DNA of 64,000 nucleotides, from positions 157,482,001 to 157,546,000 of the forward strand of contig NC_086097.1 in the NCBI RefSeq assembly GCF_963921235.1, read 5' to 3'. The position numbers and the translations under genes are program-made. Below are positions 14,200 to 24,284 of this stretch, piece by piece; position 1 is the stretch's first letter, and every line of letters starts with the position of its first letter. The stretch comes from Mobula hypostoma (lineage: Eukaryota). Under the pieces are notes generated by a model. It had not been told where the DNA came from and ran no database searches. It worked only from the letters and a program-made list of their open reading frames with translations.

Positions 14200-14955
14200 C
14201 AATGCAAGGAGTATTGCAGGCAACGTAGATAAGCTTAGTGCATGGATTAGCATGTGGAATTATGAGACTGTAGCCATTAGTGAGACTTGATTGAGGAGGG
14301 ACAGGAATGGTAGCTCAGTGTCCTGAGGTTCCATTGTTTTAGACATTGTTTTAGAGCAAGAGGGATGGCATTACTTGTCACGGAAAATGTCACGGCAGTG
14401 CTCAGACAGGGCACACTGGAGAGCTCATTTAATAAGGCTATGCAGTATAGGAGGAACTAAGGAATTAGAAAGAGATGACTATATTAATGGAATTATATTA
14501 TGGGCGAACCCCACAGTCAGCAAGATTTAGAGAGACAGCAGATAGTTGCAAGGAACATAAAGTTCTCCCAGTCCTTACCTACCACCCCATCAGCCTCGGC
14601 ATCCAACACATCATTCTCTGCAACTTCCACCATCCTCAAAGGGATCCCACCACTAAACACCTTTACCTCCCCATCCTCCCTCCGCTGTCTGCAGAGATTG
14701 CTCCCTCCACGATTCTCTTGGCCGTCTGGCCCTCCCCATTAACCTCCCTCCTGGCACATATTGACTGGGATTCCCATACTGTAAAAGGGCTGGATGGAAT
14801 AAAATTTGTCAAATGTGTTCAGGAAAGCTTCCTTAATCTATATATAGAGGTCCCAACTAGAGAGACTGTGATACTGGATCTCCTATTAGGGAAAGAGATA
14901 GGGCAGGTGACAGAAGTTTATGTAGGGGAACACTTTGGATCTCGTGATCATCATG
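14200..14955 (+). mobile_element. Decayed CR1 endonuclease region interrupted by a PLE fragment (about 14560-14760)
   Basis: FVKCVQESFL...PTRETVILDLLLG...GEHFGSRDH is a CR1 endonuclease C-terminus. VLTYHPISLGIQHIILCNF matches the PLE ORF. Confidence 0.7.
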
Positions 14956-15770
14956 TGAAAGTATGGCTACTCTAACAAATGATTTTAGTTATTTTCTGAT
15001 TCACAAACAAAACTGACTTATGAAGCTCTACAAAAACAAACCTGTTCATTACCTAAGGATGACCCGTACTCACAACAGATGTTTTAAAAAAATACATGAA
15101 TCAAAAAATTGTTTTAAAGGCATGAAGTAACATTCCAACAAGATGCTCTACAATGTACAAAATCAGCATACAATGATATTTTCATTCTGACAATATAGCT
15201 TGTGAAATATATATTGAGGAAATGGGGGATGCTCTTGCAGCAGAAAAAGGTTCTTGAAAGTCAGTGGGATAAGAACTTCAGAAAAAAATATCAGAGCTAC
15301 GGAAGAAACGGAGAATTGGGCTTTCTGAAATGTCCTTATTAAAGCCAATAAAGAATTAATGAGTCAAATGACATTCTGAGGTGTAATTATTCCAGATTTA
15401 TCTCAAAATAATACTTGCAAATATAACTTGTCAACATCTGGGAGGTGCTCATAGCCAAAACTATACTGAACTTTCACGTACACACAAGCACGTTTCCATA
15501 ACTCAAATGACTCCAGAAGCCAAAGCTGTCTGAATTACTTCAACACTGCTCAGGAATATAGTTTCTTCTCAAAAGGTTAACTAAAATAAAACTGTAAAAG
15601 GCTCCTGAAACAGAATCAGTGCAGATGAGCACATTGACCTCACTGCCCTACAACAGCAAATCTTCTCTAGGCACCTCAGCCTCAAGGAGAATGAAAGAGG
15701 TAGGGCCACCATGTAAAATAGTAATGGAAGTGAAAAGTTGTAATATATAGTGTAAAGATATGCTACTGAC

Positions 15771-15921
15771 CCCATCCAAGACAAAGGAAACGCTTCCGAA
15801 TTATTCGGTTTCGTAACCTTCCTGTGACGGCCATGTATGACTGCCAGGCCTCAGTCAGAACCCAGCAGAATGATGACAGGAAGAAGAAATGCAGAAATGC
15901 TGCCACAAGGGTACAGATTAC
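15771..15921 (-). CDS. ADGRB1: ADGRB1 exon encoding TM3-ICL2-start of TM4
   Basis: [50 protein letters not shown](G). CAG acceptor, GTCAGT donor, 151 nt. Confidence 0.95.
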
Positions 15922-18902
15922 CTGTCAAGTAAAGCAAAGAAACAGCAACTAGTAAACCACTTAACTGAATCAGTAAAATTATTCTTCTAATCACTGCAAC
16001 TCCAGCTTTGTATTTTGGACGTCAATTAATTTACAGAGCATTCCTACTTTAATGGATATTTTATAAATTTAAGAGATGAGAACTAATCACCATGCTCTTT
16101 CGAAATATCAAAACAGAAAAATGCTGAAAATAGCCCTCAGTTCCAAAACCATCTGCGGAAAAATAAACAATTACATTTCATCTGTTCTGATAAATGGCCA
16201 TTGACCTGAAGTATTAACTCAGTTCACTTCCACATTTGCCGAACTACTGAATATTTCCAAGCATTCCTGTTCTTATGCAAAATCGTTGGCACATTACTCA
16301 GTCCTTAAGAGAAAGCACATATCCCAGTTTTAACCTCTAATGGAATCTATTGGGGGGGGGAGAATTAACAGCAGTTCAGACTCTCATTAAGCCCTCCATT
16401 TAGAGGCCTGCTGTCACTTTGCACTCTCCGTGGAAAATACCACAGAGAAAGTCTTCTCTAGGCCACATGAATACACATGACTCCTTGCAATGAGATTATC
16501 TGACTACTTCCCAACACAGGTATTTGTGCAGCCCCTGTTCTAGTCCTATAATAAGTAGGATTTAATCTTCCTTTGTTCCGACTAAAGTCTTCCAGGAAGA
16601 TGGATATCACATTGTGTAATTTCAACCAGAAACATTATTGAGGATCATTTTCAACCCACAGTTCATACTTAAGCCTAATTTTAAGTACCTGCTCTTTGGT
16701 GGGTTCTAATCCACTAGCTGCTCACTGCTTTATTGCCCATAAAAAAGTAAGGCACATGTCCAGCATTGCTAAATTGTCCTGAGTTCTCCCAAGCCACAGC
16801 AATCCCAATTCCCAGCAAGGGTATTAAGGTCAATTTTCATTTTGGCATACATCAATAATATGCCAAGACAGAGCATTAAATCACCTGTACAGGTATTCTG
16901 AAACCTCATTATTTTCACACCTCTGAGAACCAAACCATAAGAATTTTGAGAGAAATATTATTTTGCTTGCAATCTCATATGAACACTTTATTTTAAATTG
17001 ATATTAGCTTTCAACACTTCACAAGAATTGATCAGCTGACATGAGAGACTGATATAGCATTGCACAGCTCTGCAGACTCTGGGGTCCTGACAAGAATTGT
17101 CACATTGTTTGTTAGCACATCAACTAACGCAGTGAAATAGTGGTTTAAATGAAAGTGAACGAGCCAATGCATAAGGACTACATGCATTCAGATCAAAGTC
17201 ATTGTGCAGCTGTGTGATGATAAGAATTTTCTTCAATTAAGCACTGTCTACAGAAATCTCTGTTGTTAGCAGGTGCTGAGTCCAAGGGCACTCAAAATGG
17301 AAGCATCTATCAAAGTCCAGAAACAGTTAGAAATTGTTTATCTGAAGAGTTAGAGTGCTAAAGTGTAAATTAGTTCACTGGAGTTTTAATGGAGTAGTTT
17401 TATGTGTGCTATTGAAAAGGTCTTTGATTATAAACGACTAATGCGAATAAGGAAAATTAAAATGCTACCAGTTCTTATTTTTCCTTAAAATAATTAAATT
17501 TAGTTCAGCAAAACATAATCTATTTTAAATAATGCAGCTTGTAAATCACTTTGAAAACGCGACCACAAGAATCAGCCTATCATCACAGGGAACTGATGGA
17601 GCAGTGCAAGACTCCTGTGGAGAACAGGGAATTTTCACACCTTGTCAGTTTCCATTATCCATTAAGTTACTGGGTGGGAAGGGATGTCCTGATCCACACA
17701 AGTTGCAACCAAGCGCTACCCACCACTCAATACCCTGCAGGCCTCTGAATGCATGTCATTTTGACTAGAGTGTGGTTAAGCTCTATTTCAGATATTTTTT
17801 CACATGTAAGGAATATCCTCAAAGTGACTTGTATACATTACATTTGGGATTACCTTGATAAAACGCCAATATCTAATGAGCTATTAGAATAATCTTAACA
17901 TTTAAAGACAATATTTCTTTGTGATTTCATTGAATCTCTTCTAAATATTTTTTTCTCTGGTCTTTATAAAGGCAAGCTAAAAACTGGAACAAAAAATATT
18001 GTCCATTTGACAAACTACATGTACTCTGATTCTAAGCCTTGACTATGTTTTTTTGTTTAAAGTCTGATGAATATCCTGACCTTTGCTATCCATTTCTTAA
18101 TGTTGATAATCAAAGAGGAGACACTGTTTCAGCAAAATCTCGCCATCTCCCAAGACAAGAAGCAATTGAACGCAGTAGGAGTGAGATGGTCATTGGATAC
18201 TAAAGCAGACTAACAAATTGCCTACTATTTACTGTCTTTGGGGCGGGGGGGGTGGGAATCAGCATGTGCATCATCTTTCATTCAGATTTGTTTTTTTTAA
18301 ACTCAATCATTTTGTTTAAAATGCCAAGGTTCAAAAGAAGTCCTTTCTCTAGAAAACAGTACAAATATCAGGAAAAGTTTTTTTTTAATGATATAAAACA
18401 TAGAAATCAAGCTATTTAAATCTGAAATCTGTCTGATAGCGCAGGAGGAAGGAGGTAATTGGAGGAAGTGAAATACAAAATGACTTGCAGAATTGCTACT
18501 GTACATATTTCTACTTTAAACCAGAGGGTCATTTGTCAGCAGGAATGTTACCAGCATCAAGTTAGAAATAAATATTAGAACGTACTAAAATGTTTACTGC
18601 TTAATCCTGGCAAATACCTTAATAAATTGGCAATATAATGCTTGAATGAGGCCTTCTGAATGAGACAAAATCGCCCAGTTGGCTTTGAAGCACAGCCAAA
18701 TTAGATTATCATCACAAAATATAGCCACCTCAAGTGGATTTAGCTATTCATATCATGAATCATTGGATACTGGCATAATTGGAGTGAAATGGAGAGAAGA
18801 TTCAGAAATTATAAGATTATATGGTATACTATGAATAAGTTAATTATTCCGTGCACAAGCTGATTATACATTGAGATCCCCCTCCCTCACTCACCTTAAA
18901 AC

Positions 18903-21900
18903 TGCTTGTTACTTGTTACATACACCTGTCAGGGTGCATTCTGCAGATACCTTATAAGGTAACCGTAGCCTTCAGCCAGGAGCAGATGTCATCAGGTGGT
19001 TCCCAAACTTCACAGAGAGTTTCGACCATTAACCATGACACTCTCCAGTTGGTGGGCCAGCAGTGGTGGCCAAATTACTGCCCATCTGCTCCTGGCTTCC
19101 AGCTTCCCTCCTCTCGCCTACTCCAAATCCAACAAGAGGCTCGTTCTGCCTTTTCCCCCATCCTACGAGCTGCTTGTTTTTTCCTTTCATCCAGGCCCAG
19201 AGCTGACAACAATGCTGATTTGGGTGGGAAACCTCTGCAGCCGATCTCCACAGGGAACAACCATGCCTGCAATCACTTGTCTTTGCACTCCTGCACTAAA
19301 GGCTGGTACTTCAAGGCCTTTCTCTCGTGGGCCTCTTCCCATTCCTTCTCCCACACAGTACAATGTCCGGGTGTAGGATTGTGTGCACCACATCCAGGAA
19401 CTGCAGCCTCCTTTCCCACATTGACCTTCATCTCCCAGGACCTGGCCGTTCGCAGCAGATTGGGCTTCGATTGTTTGGTTACGAAAGGCCTGGCTCCCTC
19501 TTTGATGAAGGTGATGGCCTTCCTCAAATCTGTGCCAGCCATCCTCTTCTTGTATCTCTCGAGTGTCAGCAAGAGCCAGAAGCACTTTATCATGGCGCCA
19601 CCTATACCGTCCTTGAGTTAGAGCTGTTCTACACCCGGACAGTATATGAGCCAGTGTCCCCTTTTGACCACAGAGCTTACAGTTCGGGTCCTCTCTCATC
19701 CCCTATGTGTACAGATGTAATGGGGAAGGAAAGGTGTCATACATGGATTGCAAGAGGAAGGAAATACAAAGGGCTCCAGTCTCCATAACTGCCCATGAGA
19801 TCTTGCGCTTGGGCAGATCCCATTTTGTCCAGGCACCCTGGGACCCTTGTTCCACTGCCTTTGACATCCGCTTCTCTTCCTCATGGATCCGTACTTCTGC
19901 CTGTACCATGTCTTGCCTGTTCCTTATGCTTGCGTTTCCCCATTGCTGGAAGTAAACTGAGCCGAGGCCTTGTCGCCCGACGCAGGGGTTGCCAATGATA
20001 TCTCGCAGCTTCAGAGAACACACTGCCTCCTCCACAGCTGCGTTGGCTGCCCACTTGCGCCCAGATCTGGTTGTAACGCCTGCTTGCTTTACCAAGACGT
20101 CATTGAAATCTCTCAAGCTTAATAAGGCTCTGCATTTTGCAACCTTGAATTCCTCCACAACAGATGACAGGGGTAGCTGCAGTTGCTCAGAACGAATGTA
20201 GAGGCCCACTGAAGAGAAGCTCGGGGGAACTCCCAACCATCTTCGCGGGTGCTTGTTGGTTTTTCTCTCGATGCCCTCTACGGCAGTCATGGGGAACTCA
20301 TAAAGTGTGAAGAGCCAGAGAAGCCTGGGCAGAAGGCCGTATTGGTACAACCAGGTCTTGAATTTACCAGGAAGTCCGGGTTTGTCGATCTTCTTCAACC
20401 ATTCGTCTGTCTGCTTCATAGCATTAGCCCCATCTGTCAGTGACACACTAAACCACTTCCCCAAGCATTTTATCGGGTTATCTTCGATGGAAGGGATGAC
20501 CTCACCCTGAACTTGGAGGCTAAACTTGCTAATAACTTTGCCCTTTCTGATCACCATACACCTGGACTTCTTGGCTTTGAAGGACATCCTCACCCAAGTG
20601 GCTTCATTGTCCAGGGTTTCCAATACCCATCTTGCTTGGACATGTGATACAGTTGTTACAGTGATATCATCCATGAACCCTCGTAGAGACGACTGTACAA
20701 AGCCCGACTCCAGCGTCAGGCCGTGGGTTACATTTTCTGCTGCTGATATTAGGAGGTTCATTCCCATAGTAAATAGGGTGGGAGAGATGGTGCACCCTGT
20801 TGGAATCCCCTTCTGGAGGTCCTGCCAACTAGTTGCGAAATAGGCTGATGTAAATCTGAGTTTGAATCCTCCCAAGTAGCTAGTGATCATGTCTCGAATA
20901 GCCACTGGGATGTAGTACTGGTCAAGTCCTTCTAGGATGAGGTCATGTGGAATAGACCCGTAGGCATTCGCGAGGTCTAACGAGACAACTGTTAGGTTGC
21001 CTTTTTTCTGCTTGACCTCACGGATCAAATGGCTAATCATTGAGGTGTGTTCCAGACACCCCGAAAAGCCTGGAATACTGCCTTTCTGGATGGATGTGTT
21101 GATATAGTAGTTCTGCATCATGTAAGAACTCAGCCTTCTTGCAAGCGAGCACAGAAAAGAAAATCTTACATTCCACATCCAGGAGAGAAATTGTCCTAAA
21201 CTGGGCAATTGTGGAAGAATCCTCTTCCTTTGGAATAAAGCATCCCTCTGCCAATTTCCAACTTGACGGAATAGTACCTTTGGCCCAGATCCTTCTCATG
21301 ACCTTCCACAGCCTCTGAAGAAGTTTTGGGCATTTCTTTCCACCTTACCAGGTATGCCGCTTGGGCCTGGGGCAGCTGATGCTTTAGCTTTCCGGATGAT
21401 GTCCTGGATTTCCTATCATGTAGGCTCCTTCACATTCTGCTCAATTGATGGTTTCTCCAGTCTCCGCACAGCCCGATTGGTCCCTAGTCCCTGACCCCTC
21501 CGTGGGTCACTGTGCGCCTCCCGCAGGAGCTCCTCTACCTCTGGCTTCGAGCTGGATAGTATACCAGATTTTTGTTGGCCGAGGAGAGTCCTGGTGAAGC
21601 TGAATGGATCTCTCACAAACTGCGCTCGCCTCTTCTCTTTCTTCCTTCTTTGCCGTTGTAGATGTTCCGCCCTCCGGAGTTTGCACAGCTTTTCCCGCAG
21701 CATACTGGTTAAGTCCTTGATACCTTCTTTTTCAGCCGGTGAGCTGGTTTTAAACCTTTTGTTGAGCGTCTTTAATTCACCTCTCAAGCGACGAACCTCT
21801 TAGTTTCCCTCCTACTTAGTTGCTGCGGTAACTCGGGTTGGTTCTCCGCTCCATTGGGCAAAATTGTTCCTTGGCTAGATTGTACGCTATGACTGTCAGT

Positions 21901-22655
21901 GAGTCGATCTTTCTGTGCACTGGACCTGCTAAGGCAACTTCCAGGATGCCATCTAGATCATCATCCAACTGCATCCAGGTGATGTTGTCTGATGATCTAG
22001 GCCATTTGATCCTGTCTTTCCTTGACGAATGGATTGGGGTAGCAGAAGAGGAACTCACTTGATCTGTTGTTTGGTGCTGAGGTGACAAGTGCGGAGAGAT
22101 CTTCAGCTCTGTGGGGTGCTTCCCGGCTCGAATTCTCCTTCGTCTCACCGGACGCCAAGTCCGTGCACTGCACTTGGGTCACCATTGATCCACATCTAGA
22201 CCAGCTCTGATGTATCTTGAGCCCTCTGTTTTTGCAGACTTTCCCGCAATGACACCTTACCGTGAATTCCTCTCCGGTCAGTGTTGTTTGCTTTAGCTTC
22301 CTCGTAGTTGTGTTTCCTGTCCTGGCCGTTGCCGGCATGACCGTCCTGTTGAGTCTCTCATCCTCCCCCCGTCTCGGGAGACTCTGGGGGTATTGCTCTT
22401 CATGTTCAATCATAGCTTGAGTGGGGCCCTCTTGCGAGTGCTGCCCACAAGGTTGCTAGCCTTGTGAGCCTGTGCCAGTCTTTCCTGGAGGTCAGCTGTC
22501 TCTCCAGCGTCACCAACTTCCTCGGTTGTCATCCAGTCTTTTCTGGAAGCCACTGGTACAAACCAGAGATTACTTGTTATATACACCTGTTAGGGTGCAT
22601 TCTCCAGATACCATATAAGGTAACCGTAGCCTTCAGCCAGGAGCAGACGTCATCA
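18903..22655 (-). mobile_element. HERO-like non-LTR retrotransposon (RT + restriction-like endonuclease), near full length and frameshifted
   Basis: N-terminal zinc finger CHCGKVCKNRGLKIHQ. RT motifs LDLANAYGSIPH, GIPTGCTISP, FMDD. C-terminal CKLC...HILSGC knuckle, RWRHDKVL, and AHERKALKY (endonuclease partly deleted). 85-bp direct repeats at 18910-18994 and 22571-22655. Confidence 0.85.
18983..19044 (-). ncRNA. Putative hammerhead ribozyme with non-canonical strand order in the HERO 3' UTR
   Basis: Minus strand reads AGAGUGU-C-AUGGUU-AAUGGUC-GAAACUCUCU-12 nt-AACCAC-CUGAUGA. Stem III pairs 6/7, stem I pairs 5/6, GUC triplet present, stem II weak. Confidence 0.5.
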
Positions 22656-22722
22656 ATCTCAAAAGTCTCAAAAAAATTGCAACACTGACCAATTTGAATA
22701 ACCTCTTTTGAGAAACACTATA

Positions 22723-24284
22723 CAGTGCCTTGAAAAAGTATTCAGCCCCCAACCCTTTGAGTATTACAACCAGGGATTTGAATCAATTGAACTGAGCATT
22801 TGTATTTGTGAATCACATGCTCCTCTTTTTCACAGTAGTGTCCAAAAGCAGGGAAAACTGTAAAGCACAAAAACTTAAAAATTCAAAAACTGAAATGTCA
22901 GCAGTTCAAAGTATTCATGCTCAGCAGTTGGTTGAACAACCTCTCACAGCTATTACTGTTAGCAGTCTTTTTGGATAAGTCTCTATTAGCTTTGCACAAT
23001 ATGATGGAGCAAGATTTGCCCAATCCTTCCTGCAAAATTGCTCAAGCTGTGTCAGGTCAGTTGAGGAGTGGCGGTGGACAGAAATCTTGAGGTCTTGCCA
23101 GATATGTTCGATTAGGCTAAGTTCTGGACTCTGACTGGGCCACTCAAGGACATCAATTTTCTTCATATGAAGCCACTCCATGCTTGCTCCGACAGTGTGC
23201 TTTGAGTGCGTCCTGCAGAAGATGAACTTCCTCCCCAGTTTAAATTTTCTGGCAGAGCTAGCAGATTTTTATCCAGAATCTTTCTGTATTCAACAGGACT
23301 CATCTTCCTATCAATCCCAACCAAATTTCCAGTTACTGCTGCAGAAAATCATCCCCAGAGTATGATGCTACCTTCACCATACTTTACAGTAGGGATGGTG
23401 TTACCTGGCTGATGCGCAGTATTAGATTTACGTCACACAGACCACTCAGTGTTGAGGCCAAGAAGTCCCGCTTTAGCTCATCTGGCCACAAGACCTTCTT
23501 CCACATCTTACAGTATCTTAAGTGATATTTTGCAAAGTCCTTATGAGAAAGGATATGATTTTTTTTTAAAAAAGACAGAGCTTCTTCCTTGCCACTCTTC
23601 CTTTTTATGCGTGGTCTTGGAGCTTGAGGAGCTATGAACTTCATTTCCAGTTGCAGCCACTGATTTCTGCAGCTCACTGAGAGTGACTGTTGGTGTCACA
23701 GTAGCTTCTCTTACAAGTGCCATTCTCTTCCAGCTACCAAGTTTAAAGGAGTGGCCTGACCGAGGCAGAGTGGCTATGGTTTCAAGATGGGCTGCACCAA
23801 GCTCTGAGGTATGTTCAATGTCTTTGTAATGGTCTTGTACCCTTCCCCAGATTTGTCCTTCTCTATTATCATTTCCCTAACCTGTCTTGAATGCTCTTCT
23901 GTCTTCACCTTGATTTGATCTGTTGAAAATCTGTTATACTGTCGGACCTTACAAAGAGAGTAAGTACTTAACAGTATTCTTATGAATTCATTGAAAATAG
24001 ATGATCCTCCAATGTTCTACATCAATAAATTGAGTGAGTTGGTAAGGCAGTATACAGTTCTGCACCTGACGAAAATTAGCATCTTAATTCCACCTCACAA
24101 TTTTGGTTCTTAATTTTTAGTAAATTGTTGACATTTTTTGGAATCTTTCTTTTGATTTGAAATGATGCACAATGTTTTGCAGATGAGCTAAAAAAAACCT
24201 ACTTCAATATATTTTAAATTTAGAAAATATACCAAGTAAAATGTGAAAATAGTTGTGTGGGCTGAATACTTTTTCAAGGCACTG
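22723..24284 (-). mobile_element. Tc1/mariner DNA transposon, full length with decayed transposase
   Basis: Perfect 26-bp TIRs cagtgccttgaaaaagtattcagccc, TA on both sides. Fragments WPSQSPELSLIEHIW, WKKVLWPDE and ALVREATVTPTVTLSELQ. Confidence 0.95.

Noticed and set aside
18989..19023. Canonical type II hammerhead (GAAACU...AGUU-UGGGAACCAC-CUGAUGA)
   Set aside because: Gives only about 3 bp of stem III and an out-of-register stem I; the permuted pairing fits better.
18986..20843. Plus-strand ORFs over the HERO element, and antisense ORFs over other LINEs
   Set aside because: Shadow frames of retroelement coding sequence with no recognisable motifs.
18910..22655. Direct repeats as true LTRs, DIRS termini or a TSD
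   Set aside because: The ORF is a non-LTR RT plus RLE with no integrase or recombinase, and the repeat pairs with sequence inside the element.
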